Of a stretch of DNA of 64,000 bases, positions 58,802 through 64,000 are shown one piece after another. The DNA is from Alphaproteobacteria bacterium (GTDB lineage Bacteria; Pseudomonadota; Alphaproteobacteria; MPNO01), in the NCBI GenBank assembly GCA_965202905.1, contig OZ241868.1, forward strand, positions 1,353,699 to 1,417,698, read 5' to 3'. Under the pieces are notes generated by a model that saw only the letters and a program-made list of their open reading frames with translations, did no database searches and was not told where the DNA came from. Made by a program: the position numbers and the translations under genes. Position 1 is the first letter of the stretch. Each line of letters opens with the position of its first letter.

Positions 58802-58877
58802 GGAGGGCTCGACCCTCAAGGACCGTTCAGGCATTTTGCGGTTTCATGACACCGCCCGCGTTTGGACCGTTCGCCAG

Positions 58878-59579
58878 ATGACTGAAATCCGTGGCCCGCA
58901 GATGCGCCGCGAGGACATCCTCGACGGCACCGTCGAGACGATGGTGCGTGACGCGCTCGTCCGCCAAAACGTCCCGATAAGGTCCGCCGAGGAACGCCGG
59001 GCGATCATGCGCTCGATGCTGGACAGGCTCGCGCCGGACGACGATCTGTGGGTGTTCGGCTACGGCTCCCTGATCTGGAACCCCGCGTTCGAGTTCATCG
59101 AGAGCCGCTGCGGCCGGGTATACGGCTATCACCGCCGCTTTACCTTCTGGTCCAAGCTCGGCCGCGGCAGCGAGCACCGGCCGGGTATGATGCTGGGGCT
59201 GGCCCGGGGCGGATCCTGCGCCGGGTTGGCGCTCCGGGTCGCCCGTGAACATGCCGAGCACGAGCTGCAATCGGTCTTCATGCGCGAGATGTTGACCAGC
59301 AGCTATCACGCCCGCCTGGTGCCGGTCCATACCGGGCGGGGCGTCGTCCGCGGCATCGCTTTCGTCGCCAATCCCGGGCACGCCTTCTATGCCGGACGGG
59401 TGCCGCTGGAGACCGCGGCCCGGCACATTGCCTTCGCGGAGGGACATCTGGGGCCCTGCCGGGACTACCTGTACAACACGGTGCTGCACCTGAAGGCGCA
59501 TGGGATTTGCGACCGCGGGATGCAGACGCTGCTGCACCTCGTGGAAGAGAACAGGGCAACCCTGCCCGAGGCGGAATGA
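58878..59579 (+). CDS. chaC: gamma-glutamylcyclotransferase (ChaC family)
   Basis: [12 protein letters not shown] and GYHRRF motifs; start at MTEIRG. Confidence 0.8.
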   Translation: MTEIRGPQMRREDILDGTVETMVRDALVRQNVPIRSAEERRAIMRSMLDRLAPDDDLWVFGYGSLIWNPAFEFIESRCGRVYGYHRRFTFWSKLGRGSEHRPGMMLGLARGGSCAGLALRVAREHAEHELQSVFMREMLTSSYHARLVPVHTGRGVVRGIAFVANPGHAFYAGRVPLETAARHIAFAEGHLGPCRDYLYNTVLHLKAHGICDRGMQTLLHLVEENRATLPEAE

Positions 59580-60937
59580 AGCCGGTCCACATCGTCGGCG
59601 GCGGGCTCGCCGGCTCGGAAGCCGCTTGGCAATGCGCCCGCGCCGGGGCGCCGGCGGTCCTGCACGAGATGCGGCCTCGGCGCGGCACCGAGGCGCACCG
59701 GACCGGCCGGCTGGCCGAGCTGGTGTGCTCGAACTCCTTTCGCTCCGATGATGCGAGCGCCAGCGCGATCGGCCTGCTGCACGCCGAGATGCGCCTGCTG
59801 TCCTCGGTGATCCTGGCCTCGGCCGACGCCCACAAGGTGCCGGCGGGCGGCGCGCTGGCCGTCGACCGCGACGACTTCGCCGGCGCGGTCGAGACCGCGA
59901 TCGAGTCCGAACCGCTGATCCGTGTAGAGCGCGCCGAGATCGACGGCCTGCCGCCGGCGGACTGGGACAGCGTGGTCGTCGCCACCGGCCCGCTGACCGC
60001 GCCGGGTCTGGCCGAGGCGATCGGCCGGCTGAGCGGGGAAGACTCACTGGCGTTCTTCGACGCCATCGCGCCGATCGTCTACACCGACAGCGTCGATTTC
60101 GACATCGCGTGGTTCCAGTCGCGCTACGACAAGGCGGGGCCGGCCGGCTCCGGCTCGGACTACATCAACTGCCCGCTGGACGAGGCGCGGTACGAGGCGT
60201 TCATCGATACGCTGCTGGTGGGCGAGACCACCGGGTTCAAGGAGTGGGAGACCGGCACGCCCTATTTCGAGGGCTGCCTGCCGATCGAGGTGATGGCGGC
60301 GCGCGGGCGCGAGACCCTGCGCTTCGGGCCGATGAAGCCGGTCGGGCTGACCGATCCCAGGACCGGCGCCCGGGCGCATGCGGTCGTCCAGCTTCGCCAG
60401 GACAACGCGCTGGGGACGCTCTACAACATGGTCGGCTTCCAGACCAAGCTGCGTCACGCCGAGCAGGCTCGCGTGTTCCGCACGATTCCGGGACTCGAAA
60501 GGGCGCGGTTCGCCCGGCTTGGCGGGCTGCACCGCAACACGTTTCTCAATGCGCCGCGGCTGCTCGATGCCGGCCTGCGCATGAAGGCCGAGCCGCGGCT
60601 GCGGTTCGCCGGCCAGATCACCGGGGTCGAGGGCTACGTCGAAAGCGCGGCCATCGGCCTGCTCGCCGGCCGGTTCGCCGCTGCCGAAAGGATCGGCTTG
60701 GCCTTGCCGCCGCCGCCGCCCACCACCGCGCTCGGCGCGTTGCTCGCCCACATCACCGGCGGCGCCGAGGCCGAGACCTTTCAGCCGATGAATATCAATT
60801 TCGGCCTGTTCCCGCCGCTCGCCGAGCGGCGGCGGGGGCGTGAGCGCAAGCAGGGTTACTGCGCGCGCGCACTTGCCGATCTCACCGCCTGGCGCGGCGC
60901 CGTACCCCTATCGGCCGCGCAAGGCCGCCCAGGTTAG
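59576..60937 (+). CDS. trmFO: methylenetetrahydrofolate--tRNA-(uracil54-C5)-methyltransferase
   Basis: Start [18 protein letters not shown] (FAD motif); ATGA overlap with chaC. Confidence 0.9.
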   Translation: MKPVHIVGGGLAGSEAAWQCARAGAPAVLHEMRPRRGTEAHRTGRLAELVCSNSFRSDDASASAIGLLHAEMRLLSSVILASADAHKVPAGGALAVDRDDFAGAVETAIESEPLIRVERAEIDGLPPADWDSVVVATGPLTAPGLAEAIGRLSGEDSLAFFDAIAPIVYTDSVDFDIAWFQSRYDKAGPAGSGSDYINCPLDEARYEAFIDTLLVGETTGFKEWETGTPYFEGCLPIEVMAARGRETLRFGPMKPVGLTDPRTGARAHAVVQLRQDNALGTLYNMVGFQTKLRHAEQARVFRTIPGLERARFARLGGLHRNTFLNAPRLLDAGLRMKAEPRLRFAGQITGVEGYVESAAIGLLAGRFAAAERIGLALPPPPPTTALGALLAHITGGAEAETFQPMNINFGLFPPLAERRRGRERKQGYCARALADLTAWRGAVPLSAAQGRPG

Positions 60938-61743
60938 CCGGATCTGACCGCCGAGTGCGCCGGCTTCCAGGCCGGGGGCAAAGACATCGAATTGGCGCCG
61001 TTCGAGCCGGTCGAGATATCGTTCCGTCAAGACCAGCGGCAGGAAGGCCGCACGCGCCGGACCGGCATGGCGCCGCCCGGCCGACCGGAGGTGGCCGCGC
61101 GCCGCCGCGGCGATCGGCTGAACGGCCCTGCGAAGCGCCTGGGGCGGCTCGCGGGAGAAGATCCGCTCGGCCGGGATCCCAGCCTCGTCGAGCAGGGATT
61201 TGGGTATGTAGAGACGACGCCGACCGGCATGGAAGGGCAGCGCGCGCAGGAGCCCCGCAAGCCCCCCGGCGAGCCCTGCATGCAGCGCGGCCGCGAGCGC
61301 GCCCGCATCGGCGGCGCCCAGGGCCTCCAGGCCCAGCACGCAGAGCTCGCCCGCCGAGCCGGCGACACAGGCCTCCAGCGCTTCCAGGTCGGCAAACGGC
61401 TCGGGCTCGAGATCGCACCCCCTGGCATCGACCATCCGGTCCAGCCGTTCCCGGCTCAGACTGTGCGCGTCGACCGCCCGGGCAAGCTCCTCGACCACCG
61501 CGTGGCCGCGCGGCGCGCCGTCATAGATCCCTTCGATCGCCTCGCGCCACCATTGCAGGCGGATGTGGCCCAGCATCGGCTCGCTGACCACCTCGGCGAT
61601 TCTGGCGATCTCGATATTGAAGGCATAGAGCGCCATCAGCGCCGGCCGGCGGGCATCGGGCGCGAACAGCGCCGCCAAGTAGCGCTCGTGGTCCAAACGC
61701 CTGACCTCGCCCGCGCAATAGGTCTGAGAATCGGTCATGCTCA
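60908..61743 (-). CDS. squalene/phytoene-synthase-fold protein lacking both Asp-rich motifs
   Basis: 278 aa; isoprenoid-synthase-like helices, but the motif positions read [14 protein letters not shown] and [16 protein letters not shown] instead of DxxxD-type sequences. Confidence 0.6.
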
Positions 61744-61773
61744 TCGCGCTTCGGATCGACGTATAGTGGGGTC

Positions 61774-62502
61774 GTGCGTTCGGCGATACCATTCGATATA
61801 CGGCGGATCGATACCCGCTCGCGGCCCGACTTGGCCGCCTGCGCGGCGGCGCTGGGTCAGGCGCGCGGCTTGGCCGACGATGTCGCGACGCCCGCCGCCG
61901 AACGCATCGCGGCGCTGGACCGCCTGGCTGCGGAAACGCCCGATCCTGGCTTGCGCAAGGCCATCCAGGCCTGCCAGAAGGCTGTCTCGACCCCGCGCTT
62001 CGCCAATTGGTCGGCATTGATCCTTTATTGCCGATTTGCAACCGCGCCGGTGGTGCGACACATGCAGACGCTGCACCGGCGGGCCGATGAGTCGCCGGCG
62101 AACGCGATCTGGCCGGAGAGCTATTGCGCGGCCGCGCTGATCCTCGATCTGATTTTGGACTGCAAGGCGGACTATGTCGAGCGCGACCGGGTGTTCCTGC
62201 CAGCGGACTGGCTGCGCGGGGCCGGCGTGGAGCCGTCGGCGCTGGGCGCCGGACGGGCCAGCCCGGGGCTGCGCACGGTCATCGACCGTATGCTCGCGCG
62301 CACCGACGAAATGCTCCGCGATGCCCGCAGCGGCGCGCGCGAGACACCCGACCGACGGTTCCGCCGGGCCGCGCTGGAAGGGATCGCCGCCCGCTACCTC
62401 CTGGCGGCGAAGCTGCGCCGGCGCGATCCTTTGGCTACGCGCATCGAGCTCCGCGCCGCCGACCGGATTCGCTGCGCGATCCGCGCCCGGCTCGGGCGCT
62501 AG
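61774..62502 (+). CDS. hpnC: squalene synthase HpnC-like (hydroxysqualene synthase family)
   Basis: GTG start; region I GLADDVATP, region II LILYCRFATAPVVRHM, region III LILDCKADYVERDRVFLP; N-terminus shorter than canonical HpnC. Confidence 0.6.
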   Translation: MRSAIPFDIRRIDTRSRPDLAACAAALGQARGLADDVATPAAERIAALDRLAAETPDPGLRKAIQACQKAVSTPRFANWSALILYCRFATAPVVRHMQTLHRRADESPANAIWPESYCAAALILDLILDCKADYVERDRVFLPADWLRGAGVEPSALGAGRASPGLRTVIDRMLARTDEMLRDARSGARETPDRRFRRAALEGIAARYLLAAKLRRRDPLATRIELRAADRIRCAIRARLGR

Positions 62503-62505
62503 GCG

Positions 62506-63780
62506 ATGGGCACGGTCCACGTCATCGGCGCCGGTCTGTCGGGTCTGTCGTGCGCCCTTCGTCTGGCGCTGGCCGGCCGAAACGTCGCGGTCTACGAATC
62601 GGCGGGCCACGCCGGCGGCCGCTGCCGCTCCTTCGTCGACGACAGCCTGGGCTGCCTGATCGACAACGGCAGCCACATGATGCTGGGCGCCAACGGGGCC
62701 ACGCGGACCTTTCTCGCCGACATCGGCTCCGAGGACGCGGTTGCCGAGATCGCCCCGGCCGTCTTTCCGTTCAGGGACGTCAGGACCGGCCGGACCTGGC
62801 GGATCGCGCCCGGCGCCGGAATGGCGCCGTTCTGGCTGCTGTCCAAGGACCGTCGGGTGCCGGGCGCGAGCTGGCGCGACTATCTGAGCGTCACGCGCCT
62901 TGCCCGCGCCGACGGCCTGGATACCGTGCGCGACTGCGTGGGCGAGGACGGGCCGCTCTACGAATGCTTCTGGCAGCCGTTGTCGAGGGCGGTGCTCAAC
63001 ACCGATGCCAGCGAGGGTTCGGCGTTGCTGCTATGGCGAGTGATCAAGGCGACGTTCCTGCGCGGCGAGCGGGCGTGCCGGCCCTATTTCTTCCACGCCG
63101 GGCTTTCACCGGCGTTGATCGATCCGGCGATCCGGGCGCTCCGCGCCGCCGGCGTACCGATCCGCCTGAAGGCGCGGCTGCGCGGGATCTCCCGGCGCGA
63201 GGGCCGGGCATCGCTGCTCCATTTCGCCGAGGGACCGCTGAGCATCGGCGCGCACGGCGCGGTCGTCCTCGCCGTCCCGCCGGAGGCGTGCGCGGAACTC
63301 CTGCCCGGGACCGTCACCCCGCAGCGCGCCAATCCGATCGTGAACGCCCACTTCCGTCTGGATCGGCCCGTGGCGCTGCCCTTCGGAATGCCGTTCCTCG
63401 GCCTGATCGGATGCTCGTCGCAATGGCTGTTCGCGCGCGACAACATCGTCTCGGTGACCGTAAGCGCCGCGGATGCGCTGATCGACCGTCCGGGCCGGGA
63501 TCTCGCCAACATCCTGTGGGCCGATGTGGCGACGGCGCTCGGCCGCAATCCCGGGCGCGTGCCGCCCTGGCGAATCATCAAGGAACGGCGCGCGACTTTC
63601 GCCCAGACGCCGGACGGGATCACCCGCCGGCCGGCGGCGCGCACGCCGCTGAAGAACGTGCTGCTGGCCGGGGATTGGACCGATACCGGGCTGCCGGCGA
63701 CCATCGAGAGCAGCATCGGCTCGGGCTTTCAGGCCGCGCGGCTTGCGCTCGCCCAGCCCGGGGCGCAGCGTGCGGCTTGA
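62506..63780 (+). CDS. hpnE: squalene-associated FAD-dependent desaturase (hydroxysqualene dehydroxylase)
   Basis: VHVIGAGLSGLSCALRLALAGRNVAVYESAGHAGGRCRS FAD-binding fold; sits directly after hpnC. Confidence 0.8.
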   Translation: MGTVHVIGAGLSGLSCALRLALAGRNVAVYESAGHAGGRCRSFVDDSLGCLIDNGSHMMLGANGATRTFLADIGSEDAVAEIAPAVFPFRDVRTGRTWRIAPGAGMAPFWLLSKDRRVPGASWRDYLSVTRLARADGLDTVRDCVGEDGPLYECFWQPLSRAVLNTDASEGSALLLWRVIKATFLRGERACRPYFFHAGLSPALIDPAIRALRAAGVPIRLKARLRGISRREGRASLLHFAEGPLSIGAHGAVVLAVPPEACAELLPGTVTPQRANPIVNAHFRLDRPVALPFGMPFLGLIGCSSQWLFARDNIVSVTVSAADALIDRPGRDLANILWADVATALGRNPGRVPPWRIIKERRATFAQTPDGITRRPAARTPLKNVLLAGDWTDTGLPATIESSIGSGFQAARLALAQPGAQRAA

Positions 63781-63921
63781 CCGTGGGACGGGACGGGCCA
63801 TATCGTCGCACCAATGGGCCGCTTGACCCGACTCGCGATCGAACCGACACTGTCGGCAATCTGGAAAGTTGTCCAATAGTCTGGTCGTTTGCCGAAACGG
63901 CTAGACATACTTGGGGGTGTA

Positions 63922-64000
63922 GATGGCAAAGATCCTTGAGAACCTGAACAATACGATCATCGCAGGAGTCGTTCTGGCGGTTGTCCTGGCAATCGTCGTC
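63922..64000 (+). CDS. 5' fragment of a membrane protein gene (runs off the window)
   Basis: MAKILENLNNTIIAGVVLAVVLAIVV... in frame to the window end. Confidence 0.3.

Noticed and set aside
1-64000. CRISPR arrays, rRNA genes, integrons, phage structural genes
   Set aside because: No regularly spaced direct repeats of more than 2 copies, no rRNA-like sequence, no attC/intI and no capsid, terminase or integrase homologues were seen on either strand.

Overview
This window is a high-GC (roughly 65-70%) alphaproteobacterial-type chromosomal segment dominated by housekeeping genes. They include an ABC exporter, an ELM1-like protein, an amidase, the giant NAD-specific glutamate dehydrogenase, gltB-gltD, uppP, tRNA-Leu(CAG), mlaE, alr-dnaB, cfa, pcm, a thiolase, ctaA, metZ, apaG, folE, trkH, an argE-like gene, ssb, uvrA, chaC, trmFO and a hopanoid-type hpnC/hpnE locus. 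Several accessory or unusual features sit among them. (1) A thioredoxin-fold gene at 4702-5484(-) is split in the ORF track by an in-frame TGA; joining the halves recreates an iodothyronine-deiodinase-like active site FGSFT-U-PFC, so it is a candidate selenoprotein. (2) A ~135-145 bp miniature inverted-repeat transposable element (MITE)-like element with CTAGTGG termini and an internal perfect hairpin occurs twice in inverted orientation (4575-4706 and 13894-14038). Each copy sits at a convergent gene junction and supplies stop codons and even a C-terminal tail. (3) An IS5-family element (30006-31030) carries an in-frame ~165 bp internal deletion in its transposase. (4) A ribokinase pseudogene has three +1 frameshifts, and an amidohydrolase-3 gene has one frameshift. 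(5) A ~3.4 kb low-GC island (about 40560-43990) carries a parDE toxin-antitoxin pair, a small lipoprotein translationally coupled to a 383-aa protein with an uncharacterised N-terminal domain and a C-terminal HNH-like nuclease motif, a multiply frameshifted remnant of a second putative HNH/restriction-type gene, and a ~35% GC tail with an orphan ORF. This island is the best candidate for an undescribed defence-type module. All calls are from reading the sequence and ORF translations; no database searches were run.
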